DNA of 64,000 nt from the NCBI GenBank assembly GCA_035515235.1, contig DATJBS010000061.1, positions 19,012 through 83,011 of the forward strand. The letters run 5' to 3'. Origin of the DNA: Chitinophagales bacterium. GTDB taxonomy: Bacteria; Bacteroidota; Bacteroidia; Chitinophagales; JADIYW01. The notes below the pieces were generated by a model. That model was not told where the DNA came from. It saw only the letters and a program-made list of their open reading frames with translations, and made no database searches. Positions 46,662 through 55,959 of this stretch are shown one piece after another (position 1 is the first letter of the stretch; each line of letters opens with the position of its first letter). Both the position numbers and the translations under genes were made by a program.

Positions 46662-47399
46662 ATGAATCTTCTAAATAATAAAACAGCTCTGATTACTGGT
46701 GGTGCCAAAGGAATTGGCGAAGCCGTGGTCAGGGCTTTTGTTTTGAATGGAGCTAAAGTAGTTTTTACTTATCATAGTTCTTCTACCCAAGCAGAGCAGC
46801 TTGTACAAGAATTAGGAGAAGAAAATGTAAAAGCCATACAATGTGACGGTACAAAATCTGAAGCTGTACAAAGCTCAGTCAAAGCAGCACATGAGTTTTT
46901 GGGTAAAATTGATATCCTTGTCAATAATTCAGGGATTACAAAAGATAATTTATTACTGAGAATGACTGAAGAGGATTGGGATTCTGTTATGGATACCAAT
47001 TTGAAATCTATTTTTTTGTTTTCAAAATTTGTATTGAAATACATGATTCGGACTAACGGATCTATAATAAATATGAGTTCTATAATGGGGATTTATGGTC
47101 ATGCAGGACAGTCGAATTACGCGGCGTCCAAAGCAGGAATAATAGGTTTTACCAAATCAATAGCTCAAGAATATGGAAGCAGAAATGTCCGCTGTAATGT
47201 CATTGCTCCCGGTTGGATACAAACAGAAATGACTCAACATATTTCTGAAAATTTAAAAGATGAATTTGAAAAGTCTGTCAGCTTAAAAAGAATTGGACAA
47301 ACCAATGAAGTTGCTCAAGTGGCTGTCTTTTTAGCATCAGATATGTCATCCTATATTACAGGACAAGTAATTCAAGTTTGTGGTGGTGTTAATCAATGA
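46662..47399 (+). CDS. fabG: 3-oxoacyl-[acyl-carrier-protein] reductase
   Basis: TGGAKGIG, NNSG, YAASKAG, and C-terminal ITGQVIQVCGG. Confidence 0.85.
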   Translation: MNLLNNKTALITGGAKGIGEAVVRAFVLNGAKVVFTYHSSSTQAEQLVQELGEENVKAIQCDGTKSEAVQSSVKAAHEFLGKIDILVNNSGITKDNLLLRMTEEDWDSVMDTNLKSIFLFSKFVLKYMIRTNGSIINMSSIMGIYGHAGQSNYAASKAGIIGFTKSIAQEYGSRNVRCNVIAPGWIQTEMTQHISENLKDEFEKSVSLKRIGQTNEVAQVAVFLASDMSSYITGQVIQVCGGVNQ

Positions 47400-47418
47400 T
47401 TTTTCTTAGATTAGGTTC

Positions 47419-49512
47419 ATGCAATGGATTTTAACTTATCCAGTTTGGACAGTTTTTCTTGTAGTAATACTTGCTGCAGGTCTGACCTATTTATTATATA
47501 AAAATTCATTTCAAAAATTTGAAGTCAATCGGCTTTGGATTTATTTATTAGCTTTTTTAAGATTTTCTGCTTTTTCGCTTATAGGTTTATTGTTGCTCAA
47601 TCCTTTGATGAAGCACGTGAAAAATGAAAAAATCACTCCTGTAATTTTAATGCTTGAAGACCATTCGGCATCTATCAAAGAGGGGATGAGTCTAAATGAT
47701 TTATCAGAATATCAGACAAAAAGAAAACAACTTCAAGAAAAATTATCAGATAAGTATACGCTTCATTCTTATAGATTTGGGTTAGAAATCAATGATACTA
47801 TCGTTGAGAACATATATACGCTTCAAGGAACTGATATTGATAAATCTTTGAACCAATTAGCTCAAAAGCATATTGGTCAACATATCGGCGCTGTCATATT
47901 GAGCTCAGATGGGATATACAATCAAGGCTCCAATCCAGTTTATAATACCCAATTTTCAGGAATTCCAATTTATACCATTGCATTGGGAGATACTACATCG
48001 CAAACAGATGCTTGGATTCAAAGATTGAGATACAATGATATCATATACTTAGGAGATGAACTGCAGGTTTTAGTAGATGTAGCTGCAGCGAATTTTGACC
48101 AAAAGACTATGAAAGTTGAATTGAAAAATGCGGCTGGTCAAATTATTCAAACTCAGAATGTCTTAATTAATTCTAAAGAGTGGAATCATACTATTGATTT
48201 GAAAATAACAACTCAAAATATAGGCATCCAAAAGTTTACTGTTCAAATTTCTCCACTTGCGAATGAAAAATCTTATCAAAACAATCAACAAGAGTTTTAT
48301 ATACAGGTAATTGATGGTAGACAGAAAGTAGTTCTATTATACGATGCACCCCATCCTGATTTAAAACTTATTAAAGAAGCGATTAATCAACTCAAAAATA
48401 TAGACTTGAATGTTGTTCAGGTCAATGATTTAAAAGCCATACCGTCAGATGTGGACTTATGGATTCTGCATGGATTACCTTCTTTCAATAATGCCAATGC
48501 TGCTAATACTTTAAATAAAATCACTGCTTCTAAAGCACCTATTTGGTGGATATTAAGTGCACAGACAAACCTGAATATCTTTAATCAAATGCAGACAGCT
48601 ATTCAATTTCAGCAAGTGAATAGATTGCCGAATGAAACTACTCCTATATATGAGTCTGGTTTTCAGAAATTTTTTGTTTCAGATGAAGGAATGAAGTGGC
48701 TCAGTCAAGTTCCACCATTATTGGTACCGTACGGACAATACCAATTGTCTCCTTCAACTGAAATTATTTGGAAGCAAAAGATAGGTACAGTCACGACAGC
48801 AAATCCTTTATTGGTGGCCGAAGAAAACAATGGGCGCATATCAGCAATTTTGTTAGGAGAGGGAATTTGGAGATGGGGTATGCAAGAATTTTTACAGTAT
48901 GACAGTAAGTCTAGAACCTTCGAATGGATAGAAAGGTTACTTCAATTTTTAGCAAATAAAAAAGATCACCGACCATTTAGAATTCGAACAGGAAAAAATA
49001 TTTATCACGAAGGAGAATGGATTTCATTAGAAGGAGCAATCTATAACGAATCAGCTCAAATGATCAATACATCAGATGTAAAAGCTGTTATAAAAGGAAA
49101 TAACAATTATAGCTCTGAGTTTTTAATGGACAAAACCCTTCATGCTTACACCTATAATATAGGAAAATTACCTGCTGGAGAATATGAAGTACAAGCAAGT
49201 ACAACGTTTAATAACAAAAAGCTTCATTCAGTTTATAAGTTTGCCGTCCAGAAATTTGATATCGAATCTTACAAGACAAAAGCTGATTTTCAATTATTGA
49301 ATACGATTGCTATGCAGCACCAAGGTAAAATGTTTACATTAAAAAACATGGATGGTTTGTTCAACGAAATGGAAAATAATCATCAAATCCAACCTATAAT
49401 TAAAGAGGTTTCTTCAAGTAAGTCTATCATTGATTATCAGTTGATTTTACTTCTTATTTTCTCACTGCTATTTATAGAATGGTTTTTAAGAAGATTTTTT
49501 GGACAGTATTGA
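47419..49512 (+). CDS. Membrane-anchored protein with vWA-like domain (conserved hypothetical)
   Basis: Two N-terminal TM helices and one C-terminal TM helix. MIDAS-like LMLEDHSASI (DxSxS), then GTDIDKSL and VILSSDGIYNQG. Confidence 0.55.
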   Translation: MQWILTYPVWTVFLVVILAAGLTYLLYKNSFQKFEVNRLWIYLLAFLRFSAFSLIGLLLLNPLMKHVKNEKITPVILMLEDHSASIKEGMSLNDLSEYQTKRKQLQEKLSDKYTLHSYRFGLEINDTIVENIYTLQGTDIDKSLNQLAQKHIGQHIGAVILSSDGIYNQGSNPVYNTQFSGIPIYTIALGDTTSQTDAWIQRLRYNDIIYLGDELQVLVDVAAANFDQKTMKVELKNAAGQIIQTQNVLINSKEWNHTIDLKITTQNIGIQKFTVQISPLANEKSYQNNQQEFYIQVIDGRQKVVLLYDAPHPDLKLIKEAINQLKNIDLNVVQVNDLKAIPSDVDLWILHGLPSFNNANAANTLNKITASKAPIWWILSAQTNLNIFNQMQTAIQFQQVNRLPNETTPIYESGFQKFFVSDEGMKWLSQVPPLLVPYGQYQLSPSTEIIWKQKIGTVTTANPLLVAEENNGRISAILLGEGIWRWGMQEFLQYDSKSRTFEWIERLLQFLANKKDHRPFRIRTGKNIYHEGEWISLEGAIYNESAQMINTSDVKAVIKGNNNYSSEFLMDKTLHAYTYNIGKLPAGEYEVQASTTFNNKKLHSVYKFAVQKFDIESYKTKADFQLLNTIAMQHQGKMFTLKNMDGLFNEMENNHQIQPIIKEVSSSKSIIDYQLILLLIFSLLFIEWFLRRFFGQY

Positions 49513-49875
49513 TGAGATGTTTAGATAATGTTCGTTTATCAGATGCATGTTTAATTTGTCACGCAGTAAGCTTGTGAAGCTGCTGATAGATACTAAGGTC
49601 TTATGGCTGTGGTTATAGAGTAGGAAAGATGTTGATGATAAAAGATTTGATATAAAAAGCAACCTATAAATCTTATCGACTTAGGTTAAGAAAGTAGTAG
49701 AAAACAATCATTAAAAATCAGAAGCTCATCAATTTGTAAAACTATAATAGACTTCATTTGAGATTTAATCAAAGTTTTACAGAAACTATGCGCTAAAGTT
49801 GAAATACTTGTCTATTTTTGTGGATAAATTAGTAACATTTTTTAAAATCTGGGATAAATAATCAAAGATAAGTAC

Positions 49876-49883
49876 TATCTTTG
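49876..49883 (+). promoter_or_regulatory. Putative -7 box (tatctttg = TAnnTTTG) for rplU-rpmA
   Basis: Exact TAnnTTTG match 22 nt upstream of the rplU ATG at 49906. A second match (tatttttg) lies at 49813-49820. Confidence 0.35.
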
Positions 49884-49905
49884 CACCCAATAAATAGTAT
49901 AGGTG

Positions 49906-50214
49906 ATGTACGCGATCGTTGAAATTAACGGACAACAATTTAAAGTAGCACAGAATCAAGAAATCTTCGTGCACAGATTAGAAGGCAATTCAGGAGACTC
50001 TATTAGTTTTGATAAAGTGTTGTTGATTGATAATAATGGCACAGTCCAAGTGGGATCTCCAGTTGTAGAGGGTGCTAAAATAAATGCTACAATACTCGAT
50101 CACTTGAAAGGTGATAAAGTAATCATTTTTAAGAAAAAACGTCGTAAAGGCTATAGAGTTAAAAATGGTTTCCGTCAGTCTTTCACAAAGATCAAGATTG
50201 AAGGAATTGCTTAA
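49906..50214 (+). CDS. rplU: 50S ribosomal protein L21
   Basis: MYAIVEINGQQFKV... is the canonical L21 N-terminus. ATG at 49906 is preferred over GTG at 49903. Confidence 0.95.
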   Translation: MYAIVEINGQQFKVAQNQEIFVHRLEGNSGDSISFDKVLLIDNNGTVQVGSPVVEGAKINATILDHLKGDKVIIFKKKRRKGYRVKNGFRQSFTKIKIEGIA

Positions 50215-50233
50215 TTAAAAAAAATATACAGAA

Positions 50234-50491
50234 ATGGCTCACAAAAAAGGTGTCGGTAGTTCAAAAAACGGACGTGATTCAGAAAGCAAGAGATTAGGAG
50301 TTAAGAAATTCGGTGGTGAAGAAGTAATACCTGGAAATATTCTTATCCGTCAAAGAGGTACAAAATTCCACCCAAGCACTAATGTTGGAATCGGAAGAGA
50401 CCACACTCTTTTTGCTTTAAAAGGTGGTAAAGTAGTCTTTACAAAAGGACTTAAAGATAGAACTTTTGTTTCTATCGCTACAGAAGCGTAA
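50234..50491 (+). CDS. rpmA: 50S ribosomal protein L27
   Basis: [24 protein letters not shown]... is the canonical L27 sequence. Confidence 0.97.
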   Translation: MAHKKGVGSSKNGRDSESKRLGVKKFGGEEVIPGNILIRQRGTKFHPSTNVGIGRDHTLFALKGGKVVFTKGLKDRTFVSIATEA

Positions 50492-50516
50492 TTTGACTAC
50501 AATCAAAAAACATATT

Positions 50517-50549
50517 AAGCCATGCTTTTAGCGTGGCTTTTTTGTTTTT
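50517..50549 (+). terminator. Rho-independent terminator after rpmA
   Basis: aagccatgc/gcgtggctt 9-bp stem (one G-U), followed by ttttgttttt. Confidence 0.75.
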
Positions 50550-50623
50550 AATACCTCAGCGAAATCTATTGATATGCTTGCTTTGTAGATAAATATCTTA
50601 TTTTAGATGTTTTCAAAATATCC

Positions 50624-53600
50624 ATGAGTTTAATAAAAAACAAAAAGTACTACTATAACGGAATATTCCTTTTAGGAGTGATATTCTTGTCAATTGCTTT
50701 TATTTATAATCATTCTCATAGTCCTAAAAGCTCCGTTCATCAGTCCGTATCTATTCTCTCGAAATGGATTCAGACTCAAAATCAAACAGTAGAAAAAATC
50801 TCCAAAGATTCTACTCTCGAGCTAAGCCTCGATTCACTCCCTTTACTATTCAATTATTTAGATTCTAAAAAATCCAACGATTGGGTCAATTTGTATGTCT
50901 CTAATCCTGATCAGCAAATCATCTATTGGTCTACAGATAAGGTCATTCCTAGTAATATTAATATCTCTAATTTTGGAGCAGAGCAAAAATTGGTTCGAAT
51001 CAGTAATGCTTATCATCTAGTACAAGTATTCCCACTGAAGGATGGTTATCATTTGATTTCAATATTGACCATTTATCAAATTTATCCTGTAGAAAATGAT
51101 TATCTGAAATCTGGCTTTTTATTGAAAAATCCAGCTTTTAAGCTGACCATGATTACTAGTAGAGAAAATGTTAAGACCTCTATTTCGGAGCCTGTACTCA
51201 ATAGAAATAACAAAACTCTATTCTACGTAAGAGATAATCCTGATGCCAATAGATTAGTCTTGTTGCCTATTGTGTTTTTTGAAATTTTGGGCATTTTATT
51301 GATTTTCTTAATTATCAATAGACGTTTAGGAATCGCGCTTCATAGAAATAAATTAACTCAAGCTTTACTGATCACTTTATTCTACTTAGCGTTCATTGAA
51401 ATTTATATCAACTGGTTAGAAATACCCTCCTTTACAGGAATAGGTAGCTTGTTTAAATTAGAAAGTTACGCATCTCCATTTTTAGCAGATTCAATAGGAG
51501 AGTTGTTTTTAAGATTGCATTTGTTGCACTGGATCATAAGAAATTGGGTAATTCACGCTTTTTTAAAAAGTAGCAATAAAGAGAAAAACTTAATCAGCAT
51601 ACTACTGTCCATTTATTTGGCTACATCCTTTTATTTGACCGTATTTATTATTGCTAGTTTACATCACAACTCTACTGTTTCTTTTGATTTGTATCGATTT
51701 GACCAATTGGGTCTTGATAGTTTATTAGGAGTTGTTATTATCAATTTTACATTCGGAATTATGTTTATTCCGATAAGGTTTATCAAAAAGGAATATCTAA
51801 ATCGAACCTTTTATCTTTTACAAATAGTAGTCCATATTGTATTCTTAGTTCTTGGTTTTTTGTTTGATGTCTTTGATTCTTATCCTTTTGTCATTGGACT
51901 AGTTATTATTTACATCATCTATCTGATGATTTTATTTTGGTACTGTAGAGTTCAAAGTGCTCAAGTAACTCGAAAATTCTATCTAAATCTTATCTTATTA
52001 TCTACCTACTCTTTTATTGGTGCATCTTGTATTTTATACTATACCAATGAGCGTAAAGTGGAAATGGTACAGCATTACGCAATTGCTTTAGCGTCCGAAA
52101 GAGATTATGCTGAGGAGTTTGATATTTCTAATAGAGTCGATCAAATTAAAGACGATAATTTTATTAAAAGCTATTTTGAAAATCCTTATTTAACCGGTTT
52201 TGATATCGGCAGCAGAATACAACAAAGGTATTTTAATAAATATTTAGGGAAGTATAATATTTCCGTTCATGCTTTTAACGATGAAGGAAAGCAACTCAAA
52301 GGAGAAGGTTCTAAAACTTTCTATGCATTAACTACAAGTAAAAATCAGAAAGGAGTTCAGAAAGTATCGCCTTATATTTACTATTTATCGGTTAAGCCTC
52401 GTGGAGAAAAGTACATGGTCTCTATTGAGTATAAAGTGAATGATACTTTATTGGGAGATTTAATGATTGTTTTTACTCCGAAAACTTTTACACCATTTAG
52501 CGCCTATCCTGAATTGTTGAAATCAGATCAAGACAATTCAATTTTCAATAATGTCTCCAATATTACTTATGCCATTTATCGAAATAAAAATTTGATGAAT
52601 GTATCTGGAAACTTTAGCTATCCTTCTAATTTTAAATATCCTTTGCCAGCTTCTGGAAAATATCTCATCGTGCGTGAAGGTGAAAATGAGCATCTCATTT
52701 ATAGAATGCAGGAGAAGCAAGTGATAGTGACTTATAAGAGAATAGGCTTTTTGAGTTCGTTTTCATTTTATTCGTATTTGTTGATTTTGCAGCTGTTCTT
52801 CTTTTATTTTCTAAGTCTTTTAACCGATTATGGAAGTATCTGGATGAAAGGAAGGAGGATGTTTCAAAGTATTAAGCTGAATACCTTACAGAAACAGATT
52901 CAAACATCGATGATTAGTCAAGTGCTGATTTCATTGGTACTTATTGGTTCTATGACAATATTTTTCTTTAATGTTCAATACAATCATTTACACAATGAGA
53001 GCTTGAAGCAGAGAGGCTTGTCGGTGACTGATGCGATTGAAATATTGTACGCAGAGAGTTTTGTAGAAAATCATGACGATGTATTCAGCGGTATTCTCAA
53101 ATCCAAAATGAAACAACTCTCAGAAGTGTTTGCGATTGACATGAATGCTTTTGATATGAATGGTAAATTGCTTTATTCTTCTCAACCTGACATTTTTAAA
53201 GGTGGATTGCAATCTACTTTAATCGATCCCACAGCATTCAAAGCATTAAAAATTGATGGATATTCAAGCTTTGTGCATGATGAAAAAATTGGAAATTTAA
53301 AATATATAGCTGCCTATTTACCAGTAAAAGATCCTAACGGAGATAAGGTAGGTTTTATTAATTTCCCTTATTATGGTAAAGAAGTGAATATCAAAAATGA
53401 CATTTCTTTCTTCTTAATGTCTTTGGTGAATATTTATGTTTTATTGATTTTAGGAGCTGCTTTGCTATCTATTTGGGTCTCAAGAGTAATTGTGAAACCA
53501 TTGAGCATCATTACTCAAAACATTAAAGAAGTCGAATTAGGTAAAGTCAATCAACATATTGTTTGGAAAAATAAAGATGAAATCGGTCAGTTGGTCGATG

Positions 53601-54328
53601 AGTATAACCGTATGATTGGTGTCTTAGATGAAAGTGCAGGACTCTTAGCTAAGTCTGAGAGGGAAGGCGCTTGGAGAGAAATGGCAAAGCAGGTGGCTCA
53701 TGAAATCAAGAATCCATTGACTCCTATGAAGTTGAGTATTCAGCACTTGCAAAGAGCCTTGGATGAAGATAGAGATGATATAGAAGAGATGACTAAAAGA
53801 ATAGCACTAAGACTTATTGAGCAAATAGATACTTTGGCTAATATCGCTACTGCGTTTTCTGATTTTGCGAAAATGCCCATTGGTAATCCTCAAAGAGAAA
53901 ATATTATTTCTATTCTTAATAGTGTGGTTGGCTTATTCATTACTAGCGAAGAAGTCACTATTCAAACATCGATTCCACTTACTCCAATTTATGTCAATAT
54001 AGATAAGGATCAAATGGTGAGGGTGTTCACTAATCTAATTAAAAACGCTATTCAATCGATTCCTAACCAAGAAAATGGTTTATTGGAGATTTCTGTTGAA
54101 AAATTTGACGGTTACTGTAATATTATTGTCAAAGATAACGGTACGGGTATCCCTTTAGAGAGAGCAAAGGATATCTTTGAGCCTAATTTCACTACCAAAT
54201 CTTCAGGTACAGGATTGGGGCTAGCGATGAGTAAAAGTATAATTGAAAATACTGGCGGTCAAATCTGGTTTGAATCTGATGAGGAAAACGGTGGTACATC
54301 TTTCTTTATACGCTTGAATACTATCTAA
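50624..54328 (+). CDS. Large multi-pass sensor histidine kinase (1234 aa; HAMP, HisKA, HATPase_c)
   Basis: Many TM helices in aa ~210-470, plus further TM segments flanking two extracytoplasmic regions. HAMP (VIVKPLSIITQNIKEVELG...DEIGQLVDEYNRM), H-box VAHEIKNPLTPM, N-box LIKNAIQS, G-boxes DNGTGIP and GTGLGLAM. Confidence 0.9.
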   Translation: MSLIKNKKYYYNGIFLLGVIFLSIAFIYNHSHSPKSSVHQSVSILSKWIQTQNQTVEKISKDSTLELSLDSLPLLFNYLDSKKSNDWVNLYVSNPDQQIIYWSTDKVIPSNINISNFGAEQKLVRISNAYHLVQVFPLKDGYHLISILTIYQIYPVENDYLKSGFLLKNPAFKLTMITSRENVKTSISEPVLNRNNKTLFYVRDNPDANRLVLLPIVFFEILGILLIFLIINRRLGIALHRNKLTQALLITLFYLAFIEIYINWLEIPSFTGIGSLFKLESYASPFLADSIGELFLRLHLLHWIIRNWVIHAFLKSSNKEKNLISILLSIYLATSFYLTVFIIASLHHNSTVSFDLYRFDQLGLDSLLGVVIINFTFGIMFIPIRFIKKEYLNRTFYLLQIVVHIVFLVLGFLFDVFDSYPFVIGLVIIYIIYLMILFWYCRVQSAQVTRKFYLNLILLSTYSFIGASCILYYTNERKVEMVQHYAIALASERDYAEEFDISNRVDQIKDDNFIKSYFENPYLTGFDIGSRIQQRYFNKYLGKYNISVHAFNDEGKQLKGEGSKTFYALTTSKNQKGVQKVSPYIYYLSVKPRGEKYMVSIEYKVNDTLLGDLMIVFTPKTFTPFSAYPELLKSDQDNSIFNNVSNITYAIYRNKNLMNVSGNFSYPSNFKYPLPASGKYLIVREGENEHLIYRMQEKQVIVTYKRIGFLSSFSFYSYLLILQLFFFYFLSLLTDYGSIWMKGRRMFQSIKLNTLQKQIQTSMISQVLISLVLIGSMTIFFFNVQYNHLHNESLKQRGLSVTDAIEILYAESFVENHDDVFSGILKSKMKQLSEVFAIDMNAFDMNGKLLYSSQPDIFKGGLQSTLIDPTAFKALKIDGYSSFVHDEKIGNLKYIAAYLPVKDPNGDKVGFINFPYYGKEVNIKNDISFFLMSLVNIYVLLILGAALLSIWVSRVIVKPLSIITQNIKEVELGKVNQHIVWKNKDEIGQLVDEYNRMIGVLDESAGLLAKSEREGAWREMAKQVAHEIKNPLTPMKLSIQHLQRALDEDRDDIEEMTKRIALRLIEQIDTLANIATAFSDFAKMPIGNPQRENIISILNSVVGLFITSEEVTIQTSIPLTPIYVNIDKDQMVRVFTNLIKNAIQSIPNQENGLLEISVEKFDGYCNIIVKDNGTGIPLERAKDIFEPNFTTKSSGTGLGLAMSKSIIENTGGQIWFESDEENGGTSFFIRLNTI

Positions 54329-54329
54329 T

Positions 54330-55643
54330 ATGACTATATCGATGAAAAGAGAACAATCTAAAATACTTTTTGAAAAGGCAAAAACTTTGATGCCTGGAGG
54401 AGTAAATTCTCCAGTAAGAGCTTTTAAATCTGTAAAAGGAACTCCTTTGTTTATCAAAAAGGGTAAAGGTTCAAGAATATGGGATGAAGATGGAAATGAA
54501 TTCATAGATTTCTGTGGTTCTTGGGGGCCTTTGATTTTAGGTCATGCACCTGATAAAGTAGTGAAGGCTATTCAAACCACTGTTGAAGAAGGAACTTCTT
54601 TTGGAGCTCCTACAGCTTTGGAAAATCAATTAGCAGAGTTAATTATTTCTAATCATCCGTATTTGGAAATGGTTCGTTTTGTTTCCTCAGGCACAGAAGC
54701 TGTGATGTCTGCTTTGCGCTTAGCGAGAGGAGTAACAGGCAGAAGTAAAATCTTAAAATTCGAAGGTTGCTATCATGGTCATGCTGATAGCTTATTAGTA
54801 AAAGCAGGAAGTGGATTAGTAACTTTTGGAGAAAGTACATCAGCTGGAGTTCCAGAATCATTTGTTGCAGAAACATTAGTGTTGCCACTAGATGATGAGA
54901 ATGCTGTCAAAGAAATTTTTGAGAAATCAGGTCATGAAATTGCTGCTATTATTATAGAGCCTATTCCTGCAAATAATGGATTATTACTTCAACGTAAAGA
55001 ATACTTACAATTTCTAAGAGATATTTCAAAGCAATATGGAACTTTATTGATCTTTGACGAAGTGATTTCTGGATTTAGAGTTGGATTTTCTGGTGCTGCA
55101 GGATTGTACGAAATTCAGCCAGATATTCTCACTTTCGGTAAAATCATTGGTGGTGGTATGCCTGTAGGAGCTTACGGAGCGAGTCAAGAAATCATGGAAA
55201 ATATTTCTCCACTTGGAAGAGTCTATCAAGCTGGTACTTTGTCTGGTAATCCTGTAGCAATGGCAGCAGGTATTGCACAGTTGAGTAGATGTTTGGAAGA
55301 TGGTTTTTATGAAACTCTTGCAGATAAAACACAGATTTTATTAGATATTCTTCGCAACCATATTCAAGAGAAAAAATATTCAATTCAGATATTTAATATA
55401 GGTTCAATTTTTTGGATGGCTTATTCTGATATTCAGCATATTAGAAGTGCAGATCAAATTGACGCAGAATCAATGAAATATTTCAAAGAAATGCATAGTT
55501 ATTTATTAGAAAATGGAGTCTATGTAGGTCCTTCGGGTTATGAAGTAGGTTTTGTATGCGATGCACATTCTGAAGAAGAATTAAAATCTGTAGGAGCAGT
55601 TTTCTGTAAAGCTATAGATTATGCATTTGAACAAATAGGATAA
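54330..55643 (+). CDS. hemL: Glutamate-1-semialdehyde 2,1-aminomutase
   Basis: PGGVNSPVRAF, DEVISGFR, and the PLP lysine context TFGKIIGGGMP. The start lies 1 nt after the kinase stop. Confidence 0.95.
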   Translation: MTISMKREQSKILFEKAKTLMPGGVNSPVRAFKSVKGTPLFIKKGKGSRIWDEDGNEFIDFCGSWGPLILGHAPDKVVKAIQTTVEEGTSFGAPTALENQLAELIISNHPYLEMVRFVSSGTEAVMSALRLARGVTGRSKILKFEGCYHGHADSLLVKAGSGLVTFGESTSAGVPESFVAETLVLPLDDENAVKEIFEKSGHEIAAIIIEPIPANNGLLLQRKEYLQFLRDISKQYGTLLIFDEVISGFRVGFSGAAGLYEIQPDILTFGKIIGGGMPVGAYGASQEIMENISPLGRVYQAGTLSGNPVAMAAGIAQLSRCLEDGFYETLADKTQILLDILRNHIQEKKYSIQIFNIGSIFWMAYSDIQHIRSADQIDAESMKYFKEMHSYLLENGVYVGPSGYEVGFVCDAHSEEELKSVGAVFCKAIDYAFEQIG

Positions 55644-55647
55644 GCAT

Positions 55648-55850
55648 GATTTCATCCTGAACTCAGTCGCTTAGAATTTCAAACTTAGATTCAAGATTTC
55701 TTGATTATGAGACAGAAACTGCAGATCACATATCGACAGTTACTGTGATTGCGTTTGCAAAGATTTGTGGTAAAAATGAAATATCAGCACATTGAGAATT
55801 ATTATCCCAAATTCTTAATGCCTTAATGGTTCAATTTTCTCATCTTCTAA
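55648..55850. repeat. Dispersed degenerate copies of the repeat-family modules seen at 324-1296
   Basis: ttcatcctgaactcagtcgcttagaatttcaaacttagattc resembles gtcatcctgaaagtagcgttagcgaattgaaggatctc. aaattcttaatgccttaatggttcaatt resembles aactcttaacttcttaatggttcaatt. There is also a hairpin gcagatcaca...tgtgattgc. Confidence 0.6.
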
Positions 55851-55959
55851 TTTTCTTTTCACCACATCACTTTGTTGATAATTTCAACCTTAAATTTTGA
55901 CTTTAGAGTAGGGATTTGATTAGATTTGGAGGAATCCTTATCGCAACTATTCTCTTACT

